A stretch of DNA of 64,000 nt from positions 301-64,300 of the forward strand of contig JAUVVY010000024.1 of NCBI GenBank assembly GCA_030604405.1. The letters are read 5' to 3'. Made by a program: the position numbers and the translations under genes. Below, one piece after another: positions 1-9,082 of this stretch. Within the stretch, counting starts at the first letter, position 1; every line of letters starts with the position of its first letter. Under the pieces are notes generated by a model. It had not been told where the DNA came from and did not search any database. It saw nothing but the letters and a program-made list of their open reading frames with translations. Source of the DNA: a bacterium. Its GTDB lineage: Bacteria > Armatimonadota > Zipacnadia > Zipacnadales > UBA11051.

Positions 1-903
1 GAAGAGCCCGACCGGGCGCCGCATTTTGAGGCCATGTTCGAGCTGGAAAAGCAGGCGTTCGGCCTGGAGTTTCCCGACCGTACGCTGTGGGAGCACGTGA
101 GCGGTCCCGAGAAGGCGCGGATGGTCGCGACGTGCATGGAGATATACGAGCGCATTGTCGAGCGTTACGCATGGGACGCACTGGTGGTGTGCTGGCCATG
201 GGCCGACCCCGACGGGGTCTTGGCTGCGCGGCGTACTTTCGGGGATGAGTTGCTGATCGGCGGCATCGTCGGCGGCGGCGTGTGGGCGATTGAGGTCATC
301 GCGGACTGGACACAGTTTGCCGTGGACCTCTACCAGAACCGGGCAAAGCTCCACGAAGAGGCAGAGGCGATGTGCGGGCGGGCGATCGATCAGGTTGACC
401 GGCTGGTGGATGCCGGCGCCGAGTTCATCTTCCTCGTCCATGACATCGCGTTCAACGCCGGCCCGTTCATATCACCCCAGCACTGCGCCGAACTGGTGAC
501 TCCGTACTTGACGCGGCTGGTGCAACGCGTGAAACAGCACGGTGCCGTCGCGATAGTGCACAGCGACGGGCAATTGATGCCGATACTTGATCAGATAGTG
601 TCCACCGGCGCGGATGCGTTACAGTCCATTGATCCGATGGCGGGGATGGACATCGCACGCGTGAAGCGTCAGACATACGGGAAACTGGCGCTGATGGGCA
701 ACGTGCAGTGCAATTTGCTGCAGGACGGCCCGCGAGAGGCGATCCGCGCGTCGGCGCTGTACTGTCTGGAGAATGCCGCACCCGGCGGGGGCTATATCTT
801 CTCGACATCGAACACGGTGTTCCAGGGGATGCCGCTGGAGAATTACGAGTACATGCTTGAGGTGTTCGCGGAGTACAACGGGCGCAGCCGCCCATGCCAG
901 TGA
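1..903 (+). CDS. Uroporphyrinogen decarboxylase (URO-D/MtaA-like) family protein; 5' end lies outside the window
   Basis: ORF 34..903 has no in-frame stop back to position 1. The length and overall pattern match the URO-D fold family. It is a paralog of the 28880..31210 pair. Confidence 0.65.
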   Translation, partial: EEPDRAPHFEAMFELEKQAFGLEFPDRTLWEHVSGPEKARMVATCMEIYERIVERYAWDALVVCWPWADPDGVLAARRTFGDELLIGGIVGGGVWAIEVIADWTQFAVDLYQNRAKLHEEAEAMCGRAIDQVDRLVDAGAEFIFLVHDIAFNAGPFISPQHCAELVTPYLTRLVQRVKQHGAVAIVHSDGQLMPILDQIVSTGADALQSIDPMAGMDIARVKRQTYGKLALMGNVQCNLLQDGPREAIRASALYCLENAAPGGGYIFSTSNTVFQGMPLENYEYMLEVFAEYNGRSRPCQ

Positions 904-918
904 AGGGAGCCGAGCCGA

Positions 919-1686
919 ATGGATCCACAGCCATTGCGGGAGAAAGTCGCGATTGTGACCGGAGCAGCGCGAGGTATCGGGTACGGAATTGCGCACCGCT
1001 TTGCGGTCGAAGGCGCGGAGGTCGTGATCGCCGACATCAACGCAGAGTTGGGGACCGAGGCGGCCGCACGGATCGCCGATGAGACCGGGCGCAAGACGCT
1101 TGCAATCCGCTGCGATGTGGCCAACCGTGCATCCGTGGACGGGATGATAGCGCAGACGATGGAGCAACTCGGCAGGCTCGACATCATGATGGCTAACGCC
1201 GGGATCTGCCCGTTCGTGGAGTTTCTCGAGCTTGATGTCGCGACCTGGCAGAAGACCATTGATGTGATCCTGACCGGCTCTTTCAACTGCGGGCAGGCGG
1301 CTGCGCGAGTGATGATTGAGCAGGGCTGCGGAGGCAGGATTATCTTCACGACCTCGCTGGCGACGCTTTCGGCGGGCAGCTCGCAGGTGGATTATGCCGC
1401 GGCGAAGTCGGGAGTGAAGATGTTGATGGCAACCATGGCGGGGGCCCTGGGCAAGCACGACATCACGGTGAATGCGGTCGCTCCCGGAATCATCTATACG
1501 CAGATGGGCGCGTTTCACTGGGATGTGTCCGAGCACCGCGAGGCGTTTGCCCAGACCAACCCGATCGGGCGGTTGGGTGAGCCATCTGATATTGCAGCGG
1601 CGGCAACGTTCTTGGCATCGCAAGAGGCAGACTACATCACCGCTGCGACGATACGCGTGGACGGGGGGAGGATGGCGCTAGGATGA
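919..1686 (+). CDS. Short-chain dehydrogenase/reductase (SDR) family oxidoreductase
   Basis: N-terminal Rossmann motif TGAARGIGYGIA and catalytic YAAAK (YxxxK). Length about 255 aa. A GGGAG ribosome-binding site lies upstream. Confidence 0.85.
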   Translation: MDPQPLREKVAIVTGAARGIGYGIAHRFAVEGAEVVIADINAELGTEAAARIADETGRKTLAIRCDVANRASVDGMIAQTMEQLGRLDIMMANAGICPFVEFLELDVATWQKTIDVILTGSFNCGQAAARVMIEQGCGGRIIFTTSLATLSAGSSQVDYAAAKSGVKMLMATMAGALGKHDITVNAVAPGIIYTQMGAFHWDVSEHREAFAQTNPIGRLGEPSDIAAAATFLASQEADYITAATIRVDGGRMALG

Positions 1687-2729
1687 GCACTCACCAGAAC
1701 CGTTCGGTGTACGTAAAGTCGCCCTGGCAGTTTGAGGTGCACGATAATCCGGTCTCCGAACCGGGGCCCGGGCAACTGCTGGTGCGGATTGCGGCCTGCG
1801 CGGTGTGCGGCACGGACTTCCATGTCGCAGACCGCATGGCGCAGGACTGGCAAGTGTTCGGCCACGAGGTGTCGGGCGTGGTGGAGGCTGTGGGCGAGGG
1901 CGTGACCCGGTTTGCGGCTGGAGACCGGGTGGCGCTGGACAGCTCGGCACCGTGCGGGCAATGTCGGATATGCCTGCCGCGCCCCTACGGCAGGGGCCGG
2001 CCCGAGCTGTGCCGGACGGCGGCGACATACTATGGCTCGGCGACGATGGGCTTCGGCAAGATGCTGTTGACGCCGCAGCAGTGCGCGGTCGCGGTGCCGC
2101 AGGGCATGAAGCTGGATGTGGCGGCGCTGACGGAGCCGCTCGGGGTCTCGAAGGACCTGGTCGAGACGGCGCAGGTTGGGCCGGGCGACCACGTGCTGAT
2201 CATCGGGCCCGGGCCGCTGGGGCTAGGCGCGGCGGCGCTTGCGCGGCATTATGGCGCGGAACGGGTGATCCTGGCCGGGCGCTCGCGGTCGGAGTCGCGG
2301 ATGGCGGCAGGCGAAGCGCTGGGCGCGGATCTGCTGATCCGCGTGGATGAGACGCCGCTTGCTGCCTACGACTTCGGCAGGCGGCGGCCCGACAAGATAC
2401 TGGTGACCGCCCCGCCTCAGGCGCTGGCCGAGGCAATCGCCATTGCGGCGTTCGGAGGCGTGGTGGCCTACATCGGGATTGCCTGGGGACCGGGCGCAAA
2501 AGTGACTTTCGACGCCGACGCATTCCACTTCAACAAGATGTCGCTGCGGGCATCACACGCAAGTCCGGGGACACATGCGGCCGAGACGATTCGACTGCTG
2601 GCGGACATGCCACAGCTTGGCGCTCAACTGATCTCGCACCGTTTCGGGCTGGAGCAGACAGGACCGACGCTGACGGCGCTGCGTGATGAAAAGCGCACGC
2701 TGAAGAAGGCCGTAATGGTCAATGACTAG
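1683..2729 (+). CDS. Zinc-dependent alcohol dehydrogenase (MDR family)
   Basis: CAVCGTDFHV and GHEVSGVV zinc-binding motifs. A GxGxxG-like IIGPGPLGLGAA NAD(P)-binding motif. Overlaps the SDR stop codon. Confidence 0.85.
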   Translation: MSTHQNRSVYVKSPWQFEVHDNPVSEPGPGQLLVRIAACAVCGTDFHVADRMAQDWQVFGHEVSGVVEAVGEGVTRFAAGDRVALDSSAPCGQCRICLPRPYGRGRPELCRTAATYYGSATMGFGKMLLTPQQCAVAVPQGMKLDVAALTEPLGVSKDLVETAQVGPGDHVLIIGPGPLGLGAAALARHYGAERVILAGRSRSESRMAAGEALGADLLIRVDETPLAAYDFGRRRPDKILVTAPPQALAEAIAIAAFGGVVAYIGIAWGPGAKVTFDADAFHFNKMSLRASHASPGTHAAETIRLLADMPQLGAQLISHRFGLEQTGPTLTALRDEKRTLKKAVMVND

Positions 2730-2752
2730 CGGGCGGCTGTGAATGCTTGGAG

Positions 2753-2837
2753 CGAATAATTCACAAGACGCGTAGCTCGGGCATCCCGTAGGCCCTGCCG
2801 CATGCGCCCTGAGCCTGCCGAAGGGAGCTTGTCGAAG
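2753..2837. repeat. Intergenic mosaic repeat (motif cgaataattcacaag-cgcgtagctcgg...gccgaagggagcttgtcgaag), copy a
   Basis: A near-identical about 65–85 bp element recurs at 21921..21984. Both copies lie just after a stop codon. The core cgcgtRSctcgg also occurs near 44368, 44508, 45888 and 63617. Confidence 0.5.
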
Positions 2838-3065
2838 TCCGCAAGGAGACCAGCCCGCCTCCGTTGCCGTTGGCGTTGTCCCCTCTCCCTGCGGGAGAGG
2901 GGCCGGGGGTGAGGGTGCCGTTGCCGTTGTCCTGGCCTTGCGGAGGGGCCGTGCCGAGTTGCGGAATCCAAGATTCCGCAAGGAGACCGGCCCGCCTCCG
3001 TTGCCCTTGTCGTTGCCCCTCTCCCTGCGGGAGAGGGGCCGGGGGTGAGGGCGTTGCCGTTGTCC
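2838..3065. repeat. Two direct copies of an about 93-bp element (2838..2932 and 2975..3065), each with the internal palindrome cccctctccctgcgggagagggg
   Basis: The copies align almost base for base. A 42-bp linker between them contains the ggaggggccgtgccgag module, which is also found at 45935..45951. Confidence 0.65.
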
Positions 3066-3190
3066 CAGCCCTCCTCTGCCCCCAGCATACTCACAAAGAA
3101 TTCGCGAAAAATGTCCGCAAGATTTCGCATCTGAACCTGGTAAAACGGCTCGCTCAGAGACACTCTACTAGTGGGGGACACTATTTCCGG

Positions 3191-3297
3191 GTAACTACTC
3201 ACCTAACCCCCTTTTCATTCCCCCTTCCCTGCAGGGAAGGGGGCTAGGGGGTTAGGAGGGCTAGGGGCTTAGGCCAAGCCACAACCTGAGTACTTAC
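3191..3297. mobile_element. MITE-like repeat, family A copy 1 (about 107 bp with imperfect 13-bp terminal inverted repeats)
   Basis: Left end gtaactactcacct and right end cctgagtacttac are reverse complements with two or three mismatches. The internal palindrome is cccccttccctgcagggaaggggg. An 8-bp direct repeat atttccgg flanks the element at 3183..3190 and 3301..3308. Confidence 0.55.
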
Positions 3298-3495
3298 ATC
3301 ATTTCCGGTGCATTGCGATGAGCCGCTTGCCCCAAACCTATTGGCTTACCCAATAGAAAAAAATTCGCGTTCTATTCTGCAACTTTGCCTGCTGGCAACT
3401 AAAGTACCATTTACTCCCCCCTAGTAACAAAGCCCGTAGTATCACGGTCTCGTGGCGTTGGCGGCGATTTGACCCCCTGGAGCAAAACGCCGATT

Positions 3496-3530
3496 TAACC
3501 CCCCTCAGCAAGGGCTTGCTCAGGGGGGTC
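3496..3530 (-). terminator. Palindromic hairpin downstream of proB (candidate terminator)
   Basis: Near-perfect inverted repeat cccccctcagcaag / cttgctcagggggg, 40–70 nt past the proB stop on the minus strand. There is no clean U-run, so the call is weak. Confidence 0.3.
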
Positions 3531-3569
3531 AAAGTTAACTCGCGGGCCTCTGTTAGTGCAACGCCTGGC

Positions 3570-4730
3570 TTACTCTGAGTTCGACTGCTCGGCCAGCACC
3601 ATATTGTCGCGGTGGACGACTTCGTCGTGGCCGATGTGGCCGAGGATTTCCAGGATCTGGCTGGTATGAGCCCCCTGGATCTTTTCAAGTTCGCTGGCTG
3701 AGTAGTTGCTCAGTCCCCTGGCGATCTCCGACTCGTCCGGGCCGATGATGCGCACCAGGCCCCCGGCGGCGAAGTTGCCGCGCACCTGGGTGATGCCGAC
3801 CGGCAGCAGGCTGGAGCCGTCGCGGTCGAGCAGCGCCCGGCGCGCGCCCTCGTCAACGCTGATGGTGCCGGCGGCGCGGACGGCCGTGGCGATCCACAGC
3901 TTGCGCCCCTGCACCGGCTCCCCGGGCACGAAGAATGTCCCCAGCTCTTCGCCGGCGATGATCCGGGTGATGATGTGCTCGGCGCGGCCGCGGGCCATGA
4001 CTACGGCGATCCCGCAGTCGGCCAGCATCTTGGCGGCGGCCAGTTTCGCGATCATCCCGCCGTGCGATTCGGGGCCGCCGGTGCCTTCGGCACAGGCGCT
4101 GAAATCCTGGTCCGGCTCGACGCGGCTGATGAGCTGCGCGTTGGAATCAACTTGCGGATCGGCGGTGAACAGGCCCTCCTGGTCGGACAGATAGATCGCC
4201 AGGCTCGCGCGGGCCGTGGCTGCGACCATCGCCGCCAGCTTGTCGTTCTCCTGGAAGGTGATACCCTCGATGGACACGCTGTCGTTTTCGTTGATGACGG
4301 GGATGACGTGCTTGTCCAGCAGCGTCTCGATGGTGTTGCGCAGGTACAGGTAGCGGCTGCGGTCGGACATATCGTCCTGGGTGAGCAGTATCTGGCCGCA
4401 GACCAGTCCGCGCGCGCGCAGGGCTTCCGACCAGTGCCGCATCAGTGCCGGCTGGCCGACTGCGGCGGTCGCCTGGCGCAGCGGCATGCTGTCCTCGGAG
4501 CTGCTGATGGCCAGGAGCCGGCGGCCCAGGAATATCGCGCCGGAGGTGACGATGATGAATTCGTGGCCGTCCTCGCGCAGGGCGGCGATCTGCTGCCCGA
4601 CGCTGTCGAGGAATCTTGTGTTAAGGCCGGTGGCACCGCCGGTTATCAGCCGCGTGCCGATCTTGACCACGATCCGCTTGCAGCGGCTGAATTGGTCGCG
4701 TTCAATTGCTGGTTCGTTGACCATTTGCAT
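3570..4730 (-). CDS. proB: Glutamate 5-kinase
   Basis: VVKIGTRLITGG amino-acid kinase N-terminus and a C-terminal PUA-like region. Length about 386 aa. Start chosen at the internal ATG (MQMVNEP) rather than the ORF-track start at 4805. Confidence 0.85.
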   Translation of the reverse strand: MQMVNEPAIERDQFSRCKRIVVKIGTRLITGGATGLNTRFLDSVGQQIAALREDGHEFIIVTSGAIFLGRRLLAISSSEDSMPLRQATAAVGQPALMRHWSEALRARGLVCGQILLTQDDMSDRSRYLYLRNTIETLLDKHVIPVINENDSVSIEGITFQENDKLAAMVAATARASLAIYLSDQEGLFTADPQVDSNAQLISRVEPDQDFSACAEGTGGPESHGGMIAKLAAAKMLADCGIAVVMARGRAEHIITRIIAGEELGTFFVPGEPVQGRKLWIATAVRAAGTISVDEGARRALLDRDGSSLLPVGITQVRGNFAAGGLVRIIGPDESEIARGLSNYSASELEKIQGAHTSQILEILGHIGHDEVVHRDNMVLAEQSNSE

Positions 4731-4860
4731 TTCAGTTACAGCCTCACGACGCCTCGGGGCTCCCGCCCGACGCCGTTGTCGTTGAGTCGTTTGGAGGGGC
4801 CGCATGGGTGGCCTGAGCGAAGCGAAGGACGGGCCCCATCCGGCCCAGCCGTTTGCTGTT

Positions 4861-5085
4861 GTCGTTTAGACCAGCCCGACACCGACGCCCTACTCCCTCG
4901 CCAGATACTCCCCGCTGCCGAGCCCTCCCCATCGCGTGGGTCGGGCTTTCCAGCCCGACACCGACGCCCTACTCCCTCCACAAATACTCCCCGCTGCCGA
5001 GCCCTCCCCATCGCGTGGGTCGGGCTTTCCAGCCCGACACCGACGCCCTACTCTCTCGCCAGATACTCCCCGGTGCTAAGCCATT
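4861..5085. repeat. Tandem array of a 79-bp unit (about 2.8 copies) that overlaps the 3' end of proA
   Basis: Unit starts at 4871, 4950 and 5029. Each unit carries the hairpin gtcgggctttccagcccgac plus a copy of proA's last codons (GEYLARE-stop), read on the minus strand. Confidence 0.75.
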
Positions 5086-6301
5086 TGTAGGTCGTCAGCT
5101 CGCGGATGCCGACCGGCCCGCGTGCATGCAGCCGATTCGTCGAGATGCCGATCTCCGCGCCCATTCCGAACTGCCCGCCATCGGTAAACCTCGTCGAGGC
5201 GTTGTGATACAGGCAGGCCGAATCGATCTCCGCCATGAACCGCCGCGCCGCCTCCGCGTCATCCGTGAAGATCGCCTCGGAATGGCTCGACGAGTATTTC
5301 TGGATATTGGCAATCGCCTCGCCTAGAGAGTCTACCACGTCCACGCTGATAATCAAGTCCAGATATTCGGTGTCGAAGTCTTCTTCAGTCGCCGCCACGA
5401 CATTTTCGCACACTTCTCGCACCCGCTCGGTCCCACGCACCTCCACACCGCAGGCCTGCAAATCCGCGACGATGGCCTGCAATGCCTCCATATTATCCGC
5501 ATGTACCCACAGGTTCTCGACCGCGTTGCAGACGCCCGGCCGCTGGACCTTGGCATTGTTCACGCAGGCCACCGTGCCCGGGATGTCGCAGGATGCGTCC
5601 ACGTAGATGTTGCACAGGCCGCGGTCGTGCTTGAGCACCGGCACCGAGGCGTTCTCGACCACCGCACGGATCAGGCCCTGCCCGCCGCGCGGGACGATCA
5701 GGTCCACGTACTCATCCGCCCGGATCATCTCCTGGACGCCCTGGCGGTCGGTGGACTCGATTATCTCCACACACGAGCCCGGCAGGCCGACCTGCTCACA
5801 GGCCTCGGACAGCAGCTTTGCCAGCGCGATGTTGGAGTTGATGGCCTCCTTGCCCCCGCGCAGCAGCACCGCATTGCCCGACTTGATGCACAGGCCGGCG
5901 GCGTCGGCGGTCACATTGGGCCGCGACTCATAGACGATCCCGATGACGCCCAGCGGCACGCTGACCTTCTTGATTTGCAGGCCGTTGGGCCGCACGGTCT
6001 CGGAGAGCACGATCCCGAGCGGGTCATCGAAGGTAGCGACCTGTTCCAGGCCGACGGCCATATCCTCGATGCGCTCATCGGTCAGCAGCAGCCGGTCGAG
6101 CATCGCCGAGGACAGCCCGGCCTCTTGGCCGGCTTTCATATCGGCGTTATTAGCCTCTTTGATCGCCGGCCCAGAGCCGCGTATCTTATTCACCATCGCG
6201 ATCAGCGCGGCATTACGCTTTTCGTCGCTGCTGATCCGGAGAGCGCCTGCGGCCTCTCTGGCCCCCTGCGCCTTCGTCAACACTTCCTGCTTGATGTCCA
6301 T
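5048..6301 (-). CDS. proA: Gamma-glutamyl phosphate reductase
   Basis: Aldehyde-dehydrogenase-fold ProA sequence, about 417 aa. Start taken at MDIKQEVL (6301) rather than the longer ORF-track extension to 6529. Confidence 0.9.
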   Translation of the reverse strand: MDIKQEVLTKAQGAREAAGALRISSDEKRNAALIAMVNKIRGSGPAIKEANNADMKAGQEAGLSSAMLDRLLLTDERIEDMAVGLEQVATFDDPLGIVLSETVRPNGLQIKKVSVPLGVIGIVYESRPNVTADAAGLCIKSGNAVLLRGGKEAINSNIALAKLLSEACEQVGLPGSCVEIIESTDRQGVQEMIRADEYVDLIVPRGGQGLIRAVVENASVPVLKHDRGLCNIYVDASCDIPGTVACVNNAKVQRPGVCNAVENLWVHADNMEALQAIVADLQACGVEVRGTERVREVCENVVAATEEDFDTEYLDLIISVDVVDSLGEAIANIQKYSSSHSEAIFTDDAEAARRFMAEIDSACLYHNASTRFTDGGQFGMGAEIGISTNRLHARGPVGIRELTTYKWLSTGEYLARE

Positions 6302-6410
6302 ATCTGATTCTCCAGAGAGTTGGGATCTTCGGTAGTATATTTGTGCGTCAGAATACCGAGGTCGCCATGGATGCAATGAGACCTCTGGGCGAAAAGCTTT
6401 GGAGATGGTA

Positions 6411-7028
6411 CTACGAACAAAGCTCTGTGGCAATACGAGCGAGTCTAGTGGCATAGTACTCATAGCGCGTCTCAGGTATGGGACTAATGGTGAACGTAGT
6501 GCGCAGGAAGGCGCATACCTTTCGATCACGTGGCGCCAAGGAATGATGAGCCACGACCTGCCTGTTGAATACGTTCAGCGCATGGCGGCTCTGATGGGCT
6601 ATCGCGTTGCGTATGCATACGCTTTGGTCCAGAAAGGCACGATCATCACCCGACATCGATGAAAAGGGACGGCCCCCCCGAAAAAAGGCTTCGGCCATCT
6701 CGATAGTGCGGTCGAATGGCAACCAGTCCACCCATTTCCGCTGGCCTCTGATCACGTCCCGCGCCACCTGTTTAGACCCCACCTGGATTCTTGGCCTTAT
6801 GTCGGCTCTTGCCCCCACAGCGCCACACAGCAAGCTCACAAATAGCTCTTCGATGAGGGCCTCAAAAGAGGTTATGCAGCGCAGGTAGAGGGCTTCATAT
6901 ATTTGCTCGACGTCCCGACGCGAGAGTTGGCCGTCCTGGTGCAGCGCCTCTTGCTTCCGGCGCAATCGGTCCAGCGCGTCGATGTGCTTAACGTAGTCTT
7001 TCGCCAAGTGCGACGAAGCCTTAGCCAA
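6411..7028 (-). CDS. All-alpha protein with an R-x4-H (RNAIAH) motif; putative HEPN-like partner of the upstream DUF262 gene
   Basis: A TTG start 7 nt downstream of AAGGAG overlaps the DUF262 stop codon (ttggctaa), which indicates translational coupling. Helical N-terminal region plus CIRNAIAHQ. Lower GC than the flanks. HEPN is inferred from the motif alone. Confidence 0.45.
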   Translation of the reverse strand: MAKASSHLAKDYVKHIDALDRLRRKQEALHQDGQLSRRDVEQIYEALYLRCITSFEALIEELFVSLLCGAVGARADIRPRIQVGSKQVARDVIRGQRKWVDWLPFDRTIEMAEAFFRGGRPFSSMSGDDRAFLDQSVCIRNAIAHQSRHALNVFNRQVVAHHSLAPRDRKVCAFLRTTFTISPIPETRYEYYATRLARIATELCS

Positions 7029-8088
7029 CTCCGCACTCCTTGGCCAGGAATTCGAGTACTGTTCTTCGAGAGGAGACGTGTGTGGTCCTGCGCGCAAGAG
7101 CTTCAGCAACTTCCTGCGAGACGTCTTTGTCGGCAATCCGTGCACTGGCTCGGAGTAGGCCCTGCCTCATTCCTGGGGGCGGCTTTCGGGCGGCCTTTCG
7201 CGTGAGTGGAGAATGCAGGCCAAATGACACGTCGTACACCAGTGCGAAAAGGTCGTAGAAGAGGGGTATCCTCTTCAATGGGAGCTCAGCTAAGTCCTTC
7301 CCCAGTAGGTTGTCTATAGTGTCCATGACTTTGCGGAAACGGCGAGATACTTGGCTTTGGTCCTCGAATTTGTCTTCATGTTTATTGTACAATCTGTTTA
7401 GTGCAGCGCTTTGCTTGCCTACTATTCCGTCATACATTAGCTGGGCGAATTCACTTGTGAGCTCAACCTCCTGCATTCGGGCGATCTGGTTTTCCTTGAA
7501 AACTTGGAAGTTACGCCAGCGCTCAAGCTGCTCATAAGCCAAGGTGTACATGCATTGTTTGAATGCGCCGAAGAAGTTAGCGTTTCGGAGTTCCTGAGGG
7601 TTGAGTTTGACACCTGTCGCGTTCATTCTAGAGAATATCTGGAGTACCTCAGCATCGTCCGTACCCGGCGGGAGTACATGGACACTGAACTGGTAGTCGG
7701 CAATGCGGGTCCGGAACTCCTCCTCCAATTCAGCAAATGGTCGCCCCGCCATATCAGCGTTGTGTTGTTTGCTCACCGTAAACGCGTCCTTGGTTGGGTC
7801 GAAGTCGCATAAGCAATCTGGGTCTATGAATCCGAGCACTGTACGGAGGCGCTGCTGGCCATCCACGACCTCGCGCTTGGGGCGCAGGGACTTGCGGTCG
7901 GTCCTCATGCGGATGAATATGATGGGAATTGGCAAGCCTTTCACGATAGTATCGACTAGGTACGACTTGGCGGAAACGCTCCAGACCGGACGACGCTGGA
8001 AGCTAGGGCTCAGTTGTAGTGTCCCCGACCGCTGCCAGTCGAGAAAGTCCGACACGGTGAAAACAGTGCGCGTAATGTCCGTCAACAT
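7021..8088 (-). CDS. DUF262 (ParB/Srx-fold, GmrS-like N-terminal domain) protein
   Basis: Hallmark DGQQR motif (VVDGQQRLRTV) and N-terminal FQR motif (SPSFQRRPVW). Start taken at the ATG (MLTDITRT), which is preceded by GGAGAG. Lies in the lower-GC stretch. Confidence 0.7.
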   Translation of the reverse strand: MLTDITRTVFTVSDFLDWQRSGTLQLSPSFQRRPVWSVSAKSYLVDTIVKGLPIPIIFIRMRTDRKSLRPKREVVDGQQRLRTVLGFIDPDCLCDFDPTKDAFTVSKQHNADMAGRPFAELEEEFRTRIADYQFSVHVLPPGTDDAEVLQIFSRMNATGVKLNPQELRNANFFGAFKQCMYTLAYEQLERWRNFQVFKENQIARMQEVELTSEFAQLMYDGIVGKQSAALNRLYNKHEDKFEDQSQVSRRFRKVMDTIDNLLGKDLAELPLKRIPLFYDLFALVYDVSFGLHSPLTRKAARKPPPGMRQGLLRASARIADKDVSQEVAEALARRTTHVSSRRTVLEFLAKECGVG

Positions 8089-8344
8089 GCCATAACTCTC
8101 CTTGTCCTCGTGGTCTTGGTCGCCCCGCCTGGGGCGGGGCAGAAACCTACGGCTTGCCGGCCGCGTTCTTCCAAGGCCCAAGGATGTTACTTGGGCGTCC
8201 TCATGTGAGCCTCAGCTTGACACGACATTCTCTGATGCGATCCTCAATTCCTACGCGTGCGAGGAGTCTATGTGTAACATAGGCCACCGCAGAGTCTCGT
8301 CTGAGGCTGCCACGGGCTCTGGTATGGCTATGTGAAGGCCTGTG

Positions 8345-8587
8345 TTATGCCTCTTTCGGCATCGGCGGCGAGAATCCTGCACGGCAGGCGTCCTCACGCG
8401 GCCACCTCACACCCGTAGAAGCCGCCTCGCGACTGTGCTCCGCGGTCGCACGGGCCGTTGTCACTATGCCCAAACCGTCATTTCCCCCAATCCGGTAAGA
8501 CAGGTCGTAGTCACAATAGTATAAGCCAAAATCAGGATTAAGTGAAAGGGTATCGAGAGGCAGAACAGAGCGCCAGCGTCGCCGCAT
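8345..8587 (-). pseudogene. Diverged fragment matching the C-terminus of the glycosyltransferase at 9107..9922
   Basis: The 80-aa ORF (…DFGLYYCDYDLSYRIG…AEHSREAASTGVRWP…) is about 65–75% identical to residues ~200–271 of the 271-aa glycosyltransferase. It sits on the same strand but has lower GC and lacks the N-terminal two-thirds. Confidence 0.5.
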
Positions 8588-8643
8588 CAGCCTTACACAC
8601 TAATCCATGCACGTGCTGAAATCCGGGTACATCAATATTTTAG

Positions 8644-8673
8644 TTGACATTTCTTTCCTGAAGATGCTATGCT
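8644..8673 (+). promoter_or_regulatory. Sigma70-like promoter for the cold-shock gene (TTGACA, 18-nt spacer, TATGCT) with a leader of about 145 nt
   Basis: Strong match to the -35/-10 consensus in an AT-rich stretch. Long 5' UTRs are typical of csp genes. A AAGGAGG ribosome-binding site sits 10 nt before the ATG. Confidence 0.45.
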
Positions 8674-8817
8674 CAGTTTGCTTTGGTGGTCAAATGCATG
8701 CCAAAGTGATGCGGCAAAAAAGCTAGAGTTGTTGGCTGATAGCTTGATGCAGAGACGCACCCCTTCCCAAGCTAGGCCCGAATGGCTAGCTTATACCAAG
8801 AAGGAGGTGCGCCTCTT

Positions 8818-9021
8818 ATGGCTACAGGCAAAGTCAAGTGGTTCAACGACTCGAAAGGCTTTGGCTTCATCGAGACCGAAGATAGCGAAGATGTGTTCGT
8901 ACATTTCTCCGCTATTACCGGTGAAGGCTATCGCTCTCTCGCCGAGAACGACGAAGTCGAGTTCGACATCGTCCAGGACGGCAAAGGCCCTCGCGCTGAG
9001 AACGTTAGAGTCATTAGCTAA
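8818..9021 (+). CDS. cspA: Cold-shock protein (CspA family)
   Basis: 67 aa beginning [18 protein letters not shown], which includes the RNP1 motif, and continuing with VFVHFSAI (RNP2). Classic ribosome-binding site. Start taken at the internal ATG of the ORF track. Confidence 0.9.
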   Translation: MATGKVKWFNDSKGFGFIETEDSEDVFVHFSAITGEGYRSLAENDEVEFDIVQDGKGPRAENVRVIS

Positions 9022-9050
9022 GTACAAGCTCGTTTGCCACGAACACGGAA

Positions 9051-9082
9051 GCCCCTGCTGAAATCTAGCAGGGGCTTTTTTG
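9051..9082 (+). terminator. Rho-independent terminator of the cold-shock gene
   Basis: GC-rich stem gcccctgct / agcaggggc with a 7-nt loop, followed by a run of six T, 30 nt after the stop codon. Confidence 0.75.

Noticed and set aside
619-1623. Long ORFs antisense to confidently assigned genes. Examples: 619..1623(-), 3975..5090(+), 5501..6307(+), 10798..11706(-), 15157..16560(-), 24994..26586(-), 35008..36033(+), 51772..53601(-).
   Set aside because: High GC suppresses stop codons on the opposite strand. These ORFs lie fully inside motif-bearing genes on the other strand, and their low-complexity R/A/G/P-rich translations show no recognisable motifs.
4861-5085. Possible CRISPR array, suggested by several tandem direct repeats (79-bp units here, 27-bp units at 45821..45901, about 93-bp units at 2838..3065).
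   Set aside because: The units abut directly or are separated by a single fixed linker, with no variable spacers. The units are far longer than CRISPR repeats or occur only two or three times. No cas genes are nearby.
6399-6662. An 87-aa ORF on the plus strand overlapping the 3' end of the R-x4-H gene.
   Set aside because: It overlaps a better-supported gene on the opposite strand. It has no ribosome-binding site and no recognisable motif. It is probably a shadow ORF.
8102-8335. A 77-aa ORF upstream of the DUF262 gene, considered as a possible small regulator or antitoxin.
   Set aside because: It is on the opposite strand to the operon and has no ribosome-binding site. It is composed of a palindromic G/C-rich terminator-like sequence (ccccgcctggggcgggg) plus promoter-region DNA.
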